IMG/VR virus record: IMGVR_UViG_3300037424_000625
Coordinates: 1-33,116 of that record
Direction: 5' to 3' (one strand)
DNA: 33,116 nucleotides
Origin: a virus
Taxonomy: Duplodnaviria; Caudoviricetes
Shown in pieces: positions 17,170 through 26,054 of this stretch. The translations under genes and the position numbers were made by a program. Numbering within the stretch: the first letter of the stretch is position 1; every line of letters begins with the position of its first letter. A model generated the notes under the pieces. That model was given only the letters and a program-made list of their open reading frames with translations, ran no database searches and had not been told where the DNA came from.

Positions 17170-18282
17170 ATGAAAAACATTATGAATGAACTTAAAATGT
17201 TTTATTTAGATTCATCTGGAAAAATATATTCGGCCAAACGTCAATCAAAAGCTTCACAAGAGAAAATAAAAGAATTACTTAACTCACAAAAAAACTTTGA
17301 GAGTGCACAAGAAATTCTTTGGGCAATAGAAAATAACACACAAATAAGACCTAAGTGTATTATTTGTGGTGGAAAAGTAAGATTCAAAGACAGAAAGTTT
17401 AATAAAACTTGCAGTCAGTGGTGTGCAGCAAATGATCCAATAAGAAAAGAAAAGATAAGACAAACGGAACTTAAAAAATACGGCGGCCCACATACTCAAA
17501 ATGCAGAGTTTAAGAAGAAATTGAAAGAAAAATATCCAATTTTGCCAGGAAGCTTTGGAACAGAAGTTCATAAAAAAGCAATTCGACAAAAATATGGGGT
17601 AGATAATGTATTTCAATCTGAAGAGATCAAAAATAAGATTAAGAAGACAAATCAAGAGAGATACGGAGTTGATAATCCACATCAGAATGAACATATAAGT
17701 AATAAGATCAAGAAGACAAATCAAGAGAGATATGGGCAGAATGGATGGAATCCGTCTCAAGTTAAACTTACAAATCTAAAGAGATATGGTGTAGAAAACC
17801 CATTACAAAATGAAATAATTCGTAATAAGATTAAGAAAACTAATCTAGAACGTTACGGTGTAGAACATGTAATGCATGATCCAGCAATATTTGATCGGTG
17901 TATGCAAAATCAGCTTCAAGTTAGATATAAGTTCAAAGAGATGGTGCTACCTTCTGGGAAAATAATCAAATATCAAGGATATGAGAATTATGTAATTCAA
18001 TATTTACTGGATAGCGGAATTAATGAGAATGATCTCGAGCTTGAAAGAATAAATGTTCCTGTAATATCTTATCAGTTTGATGGTAAAACTCGACGATACT
18101 ATCCTGATATCTTCATCAAATCTAAAAATATGCTCATTGAAGTAAAAAGTACTTACACGTTCGACCGTGAAGTGGAAAAGAATCTTGCAAAGCACAAAGC
18201 AAGCAAAGATGTTGGATTTCTACATAAAATTATCATTTGGGATGTTTCTAAAAATGGAATTTTTGAAGTGATAGATATTTGA
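17170..18282 (+). CDS. putative homing endonuclease with 'KTNxERYGV' repeats and PD-(D/E)XK (TnsA-like) C-terminus
   Basis: zinc ribbon CxxC...CSxxC; 23-aa repeats; 'RRYYPDIFI...LIEVKS'; very AT-rich. Confidence 0.75.
   Translation: MKNIMNELKMFYLDSSGKIYSAKRQSKASQEKIKELLNSQKNFESAQEILWAIENNTQIRPKCIICGGKVRFKDRKFNKTCSQWCAANDPIRKEKIRQTELKKYGGPHTQNAEFKKKLKEKYPILPGSFGTEVHKKAIRQKYGVDNVFQSEEIKNKIKKTNQERYGVDNPHQNEHISNKIKKTNQERYGQNGWNPSQVKLTNLKRYGVENPLQNEIIRNKIKKTNLERYGVEHVMHDPAIFDRCMQNQLQVRYKFKEMVLPSGKIIKYQGYENYVIQYLLDSGINENDLELERINVPVISYQFDGKTRRYYPDIFIKSKNMLIEVKSTYTFDREVEKNLAKHKASKDVGFLHKIIIWDVSKNGIFEVIDI
17590..17870 (+). repeat. imperfect ~69-bp coding repeats
   Basis: 'aataagat(t/c)aagaagacaaatcaagagagata' at 17632 and 17701; a diverged copy at ~17824. 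Confidence 0.8.
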
Positions 18283-18290
18283 ACTAATTT

Positions 18291-18330
18291 GTGTTTACTT
18301 TCTTGAAGCTCATGATATAATTACTCTATC
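18291..18330 (+). promoter_or_regulatory. T4-like early promoter
   Basis: GTGTTTACT-N13-TGATATAAT-TACTCTATC. Confidence 0.8.
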
Positions 18331-18348
18331 AATTTTACAGCTGAGGCA

Positions 18349-18723
18349 ATGATGCTCAAAGTTGGAACCCATTACACCGTGATTGCCAAAAATTTGATTC
18401 TGCCTTATCCTGCCGCTCCGGAAACTAGTTCCTACTCTGGCTTCATTCTCCCAAGCGCAAAATACGATCCACCTGAAAATATCCGCATGTCTACCGGCAT
18501 CCGTGACTTTCCTATTCGGATCATCAGGAAAGACTTGATCATTAAGATCGGTGACCAAGATGTTTGTTACAAGAGCAAAACGACAAAAGATTCTGTTCGT
18601 CTCGTTGAAGGCTCCAAGGGAATGGTCTACACTGTAACGACTCAAAACGGCCGATCGTCCTGCACTTGCATAGGATTTCAGTTCCGCAAGTCTTGCAAAC
18701 ATATAGAGGAAACAGCAGCATGA
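18349..18723 (+). CDS. SWIM zinc-finger protein
   Basis: 'GSKGMVYTV...CTCIGFQFRKSCKHI' (CxC...CKH). Confidence 0.8.
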   Translation: MMLKVGTHYTVIAKNLILPYPAAPETSSYSGFILPSAKYDPPENIRMSTGIRDFPIRIIRKDLIIKIGDQDVCYKSKTTKDSVRLVEGSKGMVYTVTTQNGRSSCTCIGFQFRKSCKHIEETAA

Positions 18724-19742
18724 ATCGCTACTACGGTATCACCTCTAGCATGTGTTCTTGTGATAGCATTATGTCTTCACCAAGAGAAGAGTCTCGTCCA
18801 GAATCAAATCGTATCGTTAAGATCGCTCCAAAATTTCGCTCTCTCGAAGATCCGCTAGCTAAGAAGGTCGAGTGGGTTACGAAGATCGGTCACGAACTGA
18901 CTTTCTTGCCCAAGCGGAGATTTACCAATGATGTTCGACGTCGTGTAGCCAATACCGATGCTGACATACCACTGGTATATGATGATCATCAAAATGCTCT
19001 TCTGTTGAGAATGCACAACAACATAAACTACCATGATATCTACGTTGATCGAGTGTATAGCGATGATGCAGTCATTGAGGTCGTCAGCCACCCTACCAAG
19101 AGCTGGATAGAATTCTTGACATGGAATGAAAACGTTCGCGATATTGCAAAAAAGATCGGTCTTGTTCCTGAAGTAGACTGGGTTGGTGGGGGTATGGGGC
19201 ATCATCACCTTGACTGGATGTCTGCTAAAGTTCGTGACTCTCTGTTCCGACTCGTCGCAGGCAGGCCATACCTCGGCTGGCTGTTCGTCCACCCTTCTGA
19301 CAAGATCAACGCGGTATCGATCGCGTCTTGGTTTATAGACATCGAGCAAAATAATTACGGCTTGCACTTTGATACTGACAGTTGTAACAGTTGTAAAAGT
19401 TACCCTTACGGTCGCGGTCAAGTTTTGACCTGTAGAGATCAAACTATTGAGTGGAGAGGCTTTGACAGTGCGATTGACATGGAGATGCAAGTAGAACACA
19501 CAGCCTTCATCCAAGCATTGGTCGGTTATGCTAAGAAGATTGCTCGACCGAGAGCATCTACCAGTAAGCTCTTCTCCTCTGTGAGAGAAGCTGAAACGTT
19601 ACTTCTAAACTACACCAATGTTGACAAGTGTACTGCCAACTTCTTTGAGCTCTTGAAACTGCTGGGTCTACCGAAGAAGCGGTACGAGCGATACATTGAC
19701 CTGTACTTGAAACCACGCATCGAGTGGGGCAACGCAATTTAA
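18720..19742 (+). CDS. putative amidoligase (COOH-NH2 ligase / glutamate-cysteine ligase-like fold)
   Basis: 'IGHELT', 'D..VIEVVSHP', 'GGMGHHH', 'TIEWRGFD'; ATG at 18720 overlaps the SWIM stop (ATGA). Confidence 0.6.
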   Translation: MNRYYGITSSMCSCDSIMSSPREESRPESNRIVKIAPKFRSLEDPLAKKVEWVTKIGHELTFLPKRRFTNDVRRRVANTDADIPLVYDDHQNALLLRMHNNINYHDIYVDRVYSDDAVIEVVSHPTKSWIEFLTWNENVRDIAKKIGLVPEVDWVGGGMGHHHLDWMSAKVRDSLFRLVAGRPYLGWLFVHPSDKINAVSIASWFIDIEQNNYGLHFDTDSCNSCKSYPYGRGQVLTCRDQTIEWRGFDSAIDMEMQVEHTAFIQALVGYAKKIARPRASTSKLFSSVREAETLLLNYTNVDKCTANFFELLKLLGLPKKRYERYIDLYLKPRIEWGNAI

Positions 19743-19782
19743 GTGTTTACTTTGGTGAGGCTTGTGATATAATTACTCCATC
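19743..19782 (+). promoter_or_regulatory. T4-like early promoter
   Basis: GTGTTTACT-N13-TGATATAAT-TACTCCATC. Confidence 0.8.
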
Positions 19783-19800
19783 GCAAATGACGGAGGTGTT

Positions 19801-20091
19801 ATGGGAAATCTGCCGGTAGATCCAATCAATTTTGTAAGAATCAAGACTCTACGTGATGTAATGCCGATGGAGCTCTGTGGTGGAGAGTTTCTCGATACCA
19901 AGGCTTACGAGTTTCGCGACGTTGCTGTAGTTAAAGAACACAGCCTGCTGATTCACGATGAAGTTTACAAGCCTTGGCCAGGAAAACATCGAAACGTGTA
20001 CTACTGGTATGAACTTGCTAACGGTTACTCGGTTGCTCACAACGAGAATCCCGGTCGAGGGTGGTCGTTCCCAGTAATCAAGACAAGGTAA
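19801..20091 (+). CDS. hypothetical early protein
   Basis: GGAGGT RBS; first gene after an early promoter. Confidence 0.75.
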   Translation: MGNLPVDPINFVRIKTLRDVMPMELCGGEFLDTKAYEFRDVAVVKEHSLLIHDEVYKPWPGKHRNVYYWYELANGYSVAHNENPGRGWSFPVIKTR

Positions 20092-20097
20092 TTGAAA

Positions 20098-20391
20098 ATG
20101 ACTACAATTTCTAACTACGAAAAGTGCACTCTTGAAGAACTCAAACAGCTCGGCAAAGAATTCTTCGAGAGTATCAAAGTTGTTCAGAGCCAAGACGAAG
20201 CTGATCAACTCTTCAAGTGTTTTTCTCTCGCGTATCTGAATGCCGAACTGAAGTCTCATATCGAAGAAGTTGAAGCAGAGATTCTCATGGGTATAGTCGG
20301 TAAGAAAATGATTGACTATGAGCTGGGGCCTACTGCTGAGAAAGCCAAGCAAGCGTTTGCTGACATTCGCAGAATCTTGGGGACAGAATGA
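20098..20391 (+). CDS. hypothetical protein
   Basis: packed in operon; ATGA overlap with next gene. Confidence 0.65.
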   Translation: MTTISNYEKCTLEELKQLGKEFFESIKVVQSQDEADQLFKCFSLAYLNAELKSHIEEVEAEILMGIVGKKMIDYELGPTAEKAKQAFADIRRILGTE

Positions 20392-20738
20392 AACTTCAAC
20401 CGCTCGTTACTAAAGACTCTCTCCGTGACATGCTGAATGACTCTCGAAAAGAGTTCGTCGCGGCAGTCATCGGCAAAGCTCTCGTTCGCATCTTTGAACG
20501 TCAAACAGCTTCTGAGCAGAATACAATGGCTACCAATCAAGACAACGGCATCGGTTTTACCGGAGCTGATGCATTCGGCGGTTCAATCACAGCAAAGTAC
20601 TTCATAAAGCACGGTACTCTGCTAGGCTGGCAGGTAGCTCGCTGGACGAAGCTCGTCAAAGACGGTTATCCTCGTATTTGCAAGTATCACCGCCAACTCA
20701 ATGAGATCGCTCTTCAAAAGCAAGGGAACAAAACATGA
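20388..20738 (+). CDS. hypothetical protein
   Basis: 116 aa; ATGA overlaps at both ends; 'RQTASEQ...NGIGFTGADA' motif. Confidence 0.75.
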   Translation: MKLQPLVTKDSLRDMLNDSRKEFVAAVIGKALVRIFERQTASEQNTMATNQDNGIGFTGADAFGGSITAKYFIKHGTLLGWQVARWTKLVKDGYPRICKYHRQLNEIALQKQGNKT

Positions 20739-21142
20739 ACGCTACGCAATTTGCATGGGCTTATCTGCTGAAGCACGGCAACGTCGGAGTCAAGGTTAGC
20801 TACTACAGCGGTTTTGACCCTATCGATCCAAAAAAGTACCGCCAAGAATATGGTACTGCCTACGATGCGTTCATCAAGGCTAAGGAAATCGCGATCAAAG
20901 AGATCAGGCAGTTTGGTATTAACTGGAAGAAGACAGTTGCACCGCGATCTGATTTTGAAGACCAATTCAACGGCACGTTTAACGACCCCAAGACTAAAGA
21001 GTATCTCTCTGGAAAGATCTTCTTGAAGAACGGTCACGTTCAGGAATGGTTATGTGAGAGTGTCCAAGTTACTAACGTGTTTGTGATGATGGCCGAAGTT
21101 CAAGGGATCGTCGAAGAATACAAAGATTTGCTGAAGGAGTAA
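20735..21142 (+). CDS. hypothetical protein
   Basis: 135 aa; translationally coupled. Confidence 0.7.
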   Translation: MNATQFAWAYLLKHGNVGVKVSYYSGFDPIDPKKYRQEYGTAYDAFIKAKEIAIKEIRQFGINWKKTVAPRSDFEDQFNGTFNDPKTKEYLSGKIFLKNGHVQEWLCESVQVTNVFVMMAEVQGIVEEYKDLLKE

Positions 21143-21144
21143 TC

Positions 21145-21732
21145 ATGACAGAGAAGATTGTAAATGTAGGTACGATCGGTCACATTGACCACGGAAAGCA
21201 CTCTTTGGTCGGAGCGATGTTAACAGCTCTCTCAAAACCCGATCTGCTAGCAGCATCTGAAAGGGCGATCGAGAGAGTGAGTGCAATGTCAGACAAAGAG
21301 TTGTTGTCGGCTCTTGATAACTGCGAAGATACAATTGCTTATGCGCAAGATCCAAGCTTCAAAAGAACAAAGATCAAACCATACCGTACTCTGACGTACA
21401 TCGTCTATCCGCCAAATTACAACTACAATACTGACAAGTACCACAAGGTTGATACTCGTCGAAAAGCCTTTCGCTTGGCTCTAAAACTTGGTGAAGGCGC
21501 AGAAGTGTACCGAGATGTAGCCAAACAGAACAATCGTGCTGGTCACTTCTACATGAGTGACGGTTGGGAAGTCGTGCACGGCAAGTATTTCTACGAGTTT
21601 CAACGCAATGGCCGAGTTCACCCAGACGCAGTAGATCCTCAGTTCAAGAAGAATAAGAAGCTAAAGTTTGATCGCAAGATTCGTGACGTCAACGGGAAGT
21701 ATGTTCCCATCTATCGAAAGAGAGAAGCATGA
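21145..21732 (+). CDS. hypothetical protein with an EF-Tu-like N-terminal P-loop segment
   Basis: 'VNVGTIGHIDHGK' versus EF-Tu 'VNVGTIGHVDHGK'; the remainder does not resemble EF-Tu; AAGGAG RBS. Confidence 0.8.
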   Translation: MTEKIVNVGTIGHIDHGKHSLVGAMLTALSKPDLLAASERAIERVSAMSDKELLSALDNCEDTIAYAQDPSFKRTKIKPYRTLTYIVYPPNYNYNTDKYHKVDTRRKAFRLALKLGEGAEVYRDVAKQNNRAGHFYMSDGWEVVHGKYFYEFQRNGRVHPDAVDPQFKKNKKLKFDRKIRDVNGKYVPIYRKREA

Positions 21733-22187
21733 AAGAACTGTTCAAGATTCGTCACAAACAAACCCTACTCTTCTCGGAGGGCGGAAGCCGTGCATCGAAT
21801 ATCTCATGGTCTCCTACCGGAAAGGTTTGGAAGGGTATCGGGCCGCTACGCAATCACCTGCGCCAGCACAAGAAAGAGCAAGTCAGCGATTGGGAAGTAG
21901 TTCGATTTATTGCCAATGAAGTTGGTGAGCCGATGCCGGCGAGTGAGCTGTATGAGATCGGGGTCAGCTTTCCACCGTTGGCAATTGCTCCTGAATCGAA
22001 TTCAATGTACTATCGTGGCGATCTTGACAAAGATCTTGAACTGTTGAGGAATGAACCTCTTGCGCAGATTTTAGACACGATCGGCAACAAGATCGGGTAC
22101 GGACGGGCTCAGCAGATCTTACAGATTATGTGGGCGAAGCACCTAAACGACAATGGAATTCCGATGAGTGGAGCACTCTTCAGATGA
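21729..22187 (+). CDS. hypothetical protein
   Basis: 152 aa; ATGA overlaps at both ends. Confidence 0.7.
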   Translation: MKELFKIRHKQTLLFSEGGSRASNISWSPTGKVWKGIGPLRNHLRQHKKEQVSDWEVVRFIANEVGEPMPASELYEIGVSFPPLAIAPESNSMYYRGDLDKDLELLRNEPLAQILDTIGNKIGYGRAQQILQIMWAKHLNDNGIPMSGALFR

Positions 22188-22357
22188 GCAAGAAGATCAC
22201 TATCTCAGCAATCTCTACCTTTGTCTTGGGAATGCTTATCGGGTTCATTGTTGGAACTGCTTCAACATGGAATGTCGTCGGCTCTGCTTGTACTGAGGGA
22301 CATCACTGGTTCAGAACTACTCTTCACGGTGACATCAGCTGTCAATCTAAGAAGTAA
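22184..22357 (+). CDS. small membrane-anchored protein
   Basis: ATG 22184 overlaps the previous stop; N-terminal hydrophobic helix. Confidence 0.55.
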   Translation: MSKKITISAISTFVLGMLIGFIVGTASTWNVVGSACTEGHHWFRTTLHGDISCQSKK

Positions 22358-22960
22358 CTTTTCTGCTTCCTTTGTCAGGGTAGACTTCTTCGACAGGTTT
22401 GTCTTTGCTGGAACGATCCTCAAGTTTTGAGCATCTGCTAAGATCTCAGGGGCTAAACCGTTCTTAAAGCCGTAGATGACTGGGATGATGTGGTCAAGGT
22501 GGACACAGTCAGGATCAATCTCCACTCGGCCACGCTTCAAGTTTAATGGATTGATGCGATAGAAATCTTTGTAGTAATTTGGCCCAGAGAGCATCCGCAC
22601 TTTGTGCTGGTAGTCTTTCCACTTCGTTAGATCATAAGTTCTTCCATACTTCTCTACATAGAATTTGAGAGCATGTTTCATGCGCTTCTTGGGACCACAC
22701 TCTGCACATATCGTCTTTTGATTTAGAATATTGTTGAGATGAGCAGTAAAAGTATGACCACAATTCTTATTTGTCACTGTCACCTTTGAATGGATACCTC
22801 GCATAAGATTAAACTCTACTATCGTGTAATTAAGTTCAATCAGACGTTGTGTCCATTCTTTAGTGAACTGTTCTCTCTTTAGCTTAGTATGACATACTTG
22901 ACAGTTGCCAGGTTTGGCAATGGGGTGACGTTCACATCCACAGTTTTGACAAAGATTCAT
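22262..22960 (-). CDS. HNH-type homing endonuclease downstream of the capsid gene
   Basis: several CxxC; 'CGHTF...CAEC'; 'HLDHIIPV...NLRIVPAKTNLSK'. Confidence 0.75.
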   Translation of the reverse strand: MNLCQNCGCERHPIAKPGNCQVCHTKLKREQFTKEWTQRLIELNYTIVEFNLMRGIHSKVTVTNKNCGHTFTAHLNNILNQKTICAECGPKKRMKHALKFYVEKYGRTYDLTKWKDYQHKVRMLSGPNYYKDFYRINPLNLKRGRVEIDPDCVHLDHIIPVIYGFKNGLAPEILADAQNLRIVPAKTNLSKKSTLTKEAEKLLLRLTADVTVKSSSEPVMSLSTSRADDIPC

Positions 22961-23011
22961 CGTTAGATAGTATCACAAGAAAGTGAGAATGTATATTATT
23001 CTAGACTATTA

Positions 23012-23043
23012 TAAAAGAATGCCCAGACAAATCTGGGCATTCT
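23012..23043 (-). terminator. intrinsic terminator after major capsid gene
   Basis: 12-bp stem AGAATGCCCAGA / TCTGGGCATTCT with 4-nt loop and T-rich flanks. Confidence 0.8.
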
Positions 23044-23086
23044 AATTTTGCTACTTTTCCTTCGTTTTCATCAAAACCGTGAGATT

Positions 23087-24439
23087 TTAGATGAAGGTGA
23101 GGTTATTGACAACAACTTTCCCGTAATAATCAGCCGAGTTGGCCAACGAAGACTGGGAAGATACGAAGGTAACCTTACCGTAGCGAGTCATGACCATCAG
23201 CTGGTTGTTGTAGGTGTTTGGATCCACAACAGTGTTGCTGGTCATCAGAGGCACGTACGGGCAGTAGAAGTATCCGGTATCGGTTTCGCCGCTTCCGCCC
23301 TTGTATCCGACGAGAACGATGTCGGAAGTAGCAGTTGCGCCACCGGTTACAGGGGCTCCAGAAGCAACGGTTCCGAAGGAAGCGTTGAACAGGAAGCTGT
23401 AAACCTTGATGGTACCGTTCAGAACACCAGCCAGGCGAGTGTTGTTCGGACCTTCGAACGATCCGCTAACAGCCGGTGCGAACACAGACTTAGCAGCAGA
23501 TTGCAGGACGGACACGACTTGCGGAGACACGACGATGAAGTTACCTGCACCGCGACGGGTCTTAGCAGCGATTTCGTTTGCTACCTTGTTGATCAGAACA
23601 CCCAGAACAGCGTGACGATCGCCTACGTAGTGAGGAACACCGGTGAAGGATCCGCTCATGTCGAAGGTTTCGGTAGTACCAGCCAGACGGATCAGGTCGG
23701 TAACGATTTCGTTGTCGATTTCGTGAACAATTTCAGCAGAGAGAGCTTGAGTGATCTCAGCTTCCAGATCCAGACCGTGTTGGCTCGACAGATCTTGCAT
23801 TGCTTCGATAGTCCACTTAGCTTGCAGCTTACGAGTCTTCGCCACGACAGGCTGACGGAGAACTTGCAGACCGAGTGAACGACCTGGGAAGCTTTCCATG
23901 TCAACTACGTCACCAGCTTCTCCGGAGAGAGGACCAGATGCAGTAGAGAACGAACCTGCTGGAGTGTAAACACCACCGTTGTTAACGCCGGTAACGGGAT
24001 CATACAGACCGCCAGAAGCAGCTGGATTCACACCACCGGAGTAGAAACGGCGCATCTTGGAAGCGTACGGCTGAGTCCAAGAAGTGTTACCGAATACTTC
24101 ATCGTTGACAGCGATGTCACCACCAGGGGTCTCGGTCGTAGATGCTGCGTTCTTGTAGGTGAAGCGCAGTGAGAAGACCAGGCCGGTAGGACCAGTCATC
24201 GGCTGAACACCGACGATCTCAGTTGCGATAGTTCCCGGGATGATACGACGTACCATCGGGAGGATGATTTTTTGGAAGCTACCGATAGATCCGGTAGAGT
24301 TCGCGTCGGCTCCTGCTGTTTCGGTAAGGTACTTGGCTTGGTTATCCAGGACCGTCGAGACGATCGAAGCCTTGCGAGGATCAAGACCTTCAAGCAGTGC
24401 TGCCTTGGTATCTTGCCAACTTTCGAAGAGTTCCTTCAT
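23087..24439 (-). CDS. gp23: T4-like major capsid protein
   Basis: 'LPMVRRIIP...IVGVQPMTGPTGLVFSLR', 'AKTRKLQAKWTIEAMQDL...HGLDLEAE', 'TRRGAGNF', 'YFYCPYVPL', 'MTRYG'. Confidence 0.95.
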   Translation of the reverse strand: MKELFESWQDTKAALLEGLDPRKASIVSTVLDNQAKYLTETAGADANSTGSIGSFQKIILPMVRRIIPGTIATEIVGVQPMTGPTGLVFSLRFTYKNAASTTETPGGDIAVNDEVFGNTSWTQPYASKMRRFYSGGVNPAASGGLYDPVTGVNNGGVYTPAGSFSTASGPLSGEAGDVVDMESFPGRSLGLQVLRQPVVAKTRKLQAKWTIEAMQDLSSQHGLDLEAEITQALSAEIVHEIDNEIVTDLIRLAGTTETFDMSGSFTGVPHYVGDRHAVLGVLINKVANEIAAKTRRGAGNFIVVSPQVVSVLQSAAKSVFAPAVSGSFEGPNNTRLAGVLNGTIKVYSFLFNASFGTVASGAPVTGGATATSDIVLVGYKGGSGETDTGYFYCPYVPLMTSNTVVDPNTYNNQLMVMTRYGKVTFVSSQSSLANSADYYGKVVVNNLTFI

Positions 24440-24469
24440 TTTTGTGGGCTCCTAGTAAGGGTTTCTTTG

Positions 24470-25381
24470 TTACTTCAAACCAGCCAGCTTACGAATTCTC
24501 GAGAGCTGTGCATCGGTTGTTGGTGCTACTTCCTCATGCAACTCTTGATTTCCGGTAACCATAGTCGAAGTAGACTTCACTTCGGTTTGCTTACCTTCAG
24601 TTAGAGATGCTGCGGTTTCTTTGTTTTCCGTCTTTGGTTCAGCAACAGATTCTTTCAGTACGCGTCCGATGTATACCTTGAACGCTTCTTCCAGTTTTTC
24701 AGTTGCGACGTTAGACAGGATGATCTTCATCTGTTCACGAGCGTTGCCACTCAGTGGTGTCAGAAGTTCTTCGAGCTTGCTGTTGCGTGCCTCAGCGAGA
24801 CGAGATTGTTCTTGCTCTGCAAGACGAGTCTCAGCGTCATTCAGCTTGTCTAGCGCTTCCGCCAGGTCAGCTTCAACAGTGCTCAGATCTTCCTTGCGGA
24901 ACTTCTTGAACTCTGTTTCGACAGCTTCGAAAATCTTACGACCGAACTCCAACTTCTTAACGTCTTCTATGTCTTCTTTCAACTCAGACATTTCTTCGTC
25001 AAGACGGACTTCCAAGAACGCGTCAAGCTTGTCGACCAGTTGATTCAGCTGCTCACCCAGAAGTTGCGCAAGACGCTCCTTCTCTTCAACGAGCTTTTCG
25101 GCATACTCAACTTCCAGATCGCGGAACTTGTTGATGTCTTCCTTCAGCTCATCGAACTCAGCGGTGAGGAACTCCTCAATCTTCGTATCGACATTTTCGG
25201 CAAGCACATCTCGAGCCTTGACAAATTCCTCGGTCAAGGTAGAGCGAATTTCGACTTCAAGCTTGGAACGTTCCTCGGCCATGAAAGCATCAACGGCAGT
25301 TTTGAACTGCTCGGTGAGCTGGGCCTTGGTTTCTTCGCTCAAAAGATCGGATTCGAGCAGTTTCTTCAGGATAGAATCCAT
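24470..25381 (-). CDS. gp22: prohead core / scaffold protein
   Basis: acidic coiled-coil; 'LLSEETK', 'FGRKIFEA', 'RIRKLAGL'; immediately upstream of gp23; ATG 25381 has a GGAG RBS. Confidence 0.8.
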   Translation of the reverse strand: MDSILKKLLESDLLSEETKAQLTEQFKTAVDAFMAEERSKLEVEIRSTLTEEFVKARDVLAENVDTKIEEFLTAEFDELKEDINKFRDLEVEYAEKLVEEKERLAQLLGEQLNQLVDKLDAFLEVRLDEEMSELKEDIEDVKKLEFGRKIFEAVETEFKKFRKEDLSTVEADLAEALDKLNDAETRLAEQEQSRLAEARNSKLEELLTPLSGNAREQMKIILSNVATEKLEEAFKVYIGRVLKESVAEPKTENKETAASLTEGKQTEVKSTSTMVTGNQELHEEVAPTTDAQLSRIRKLAGLK

Positions 25382-25491
25382 AGCTTGCTTTCTCCGTTTT
25401 GTTTGGTTGAGGTAATCTTTCAATTACCTGGAGGATGTTACGATGATATTTAAGAGCGAGCAATAAAATTCATCAACTTTTATGATCAAAT

Positions 25492-25531
25492 GTGTTTACT
25501 TTCTTGAGTGCTTTGATATAATTACTCCATC
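25492..25531 (+). promoter_or_regulatory. T4-like early promoter, back-to-back with a late-type CTTAAATA for gp22
   Basis: GTGTTTACT-N13-TGATATAAT-TACTCCATC; TTAAATA on minus at 25447-25453. Confidence 0.8.
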
Positions 25532-25555
25532 GTAAACGAAACCTTGGAGGTAAAG

Positions 25556-26035
25556 ATGACTGACAACGTAAACAATGTGAATATGCCTCAACTGTGGAAA
25601 GAAGCCCATGAACTGGGGATTGACATTGAACGCGATGGTATCTACATCGGTCGTCAGTGCGATGAAGCATCTCGCAACAATCCGATTCCATACCCTAACA
25701 AAAACGACTTCAAAGCATACAACGCCTACCAAGGCGGTAAAGTTCTCGGTACAAATTTAAATGAATGTCAGCGTGATGCCATCAGGCTGAACAACAAAGA
25801 CGTTCTCATCGAGACGATGTTTGATGAAGAAAGCTATAAAACTGCAAAAGATGACTACCATGAGTATTCGGCTAAAATCTATCGGGTTTTCAATTGGGGT
25901 CTGTTTCATACGTATGATCTGCTAGACAACCCCAAAGCAGCAAAAGCTTTCAGTATTGCATGGAATCACGGCCACTCTGCTGGATTCCAAGAAGTGGCCA
26001 ACTATTTTGACGATCTGGTCGAATTGATCAAGTAA
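25556..26035 (+). CDS. hypothetical early protein (single-gene cassette)
   Basis: GGAGGT RBS; own promoter; C-terminal 'NPKA..AFSIAWNHGHSAG..EV'. Confidence 0.8.
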   Translation: MTDNVNNVNMPQLWKEAHELGIDIERDGIYIGRQCDEASRNNPIPYPNKNDFKAYNAYQGGKVLGTNLNECQRDAIRLNNKDVLIETMFDEESYKTAKDDYHEYSAKIYRVFNWGLFHTYDLLDNPKAAKAFSIAWNHGHSAGFQEVANYFDDLVELIK

Positions 26036-26054
26036 TCATCTTCTTCAGTATGTG

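Noticed and set aside
17590-17870. Spaced direct repeats resembling a CRISPR array
   Set aside because: Degenerate, in-frame coding repeats within an endonuclease gene; no cas genes or leader
18855-19514. 219-aa minus-strand ORF
   Set aside because: Antisense shadow of the amidoligase-like gene
21145-21732. Annotation as a true EF-Tu (tuf) gene
   Set aside because: Only ~30 aa are similar; GKT is changed to GKH and the other G motifs and domains are absent
23048-23878. 276-aa plus-strand ORF
   Set aside because: Antisense shadow of the major capsid gene; no RBS or recognisable motifs
24621-25453. Ser/Leu-rich plus-strand ORFs
   Set aside because: Antisense products of the Glu/Lys-rich scaffold gene
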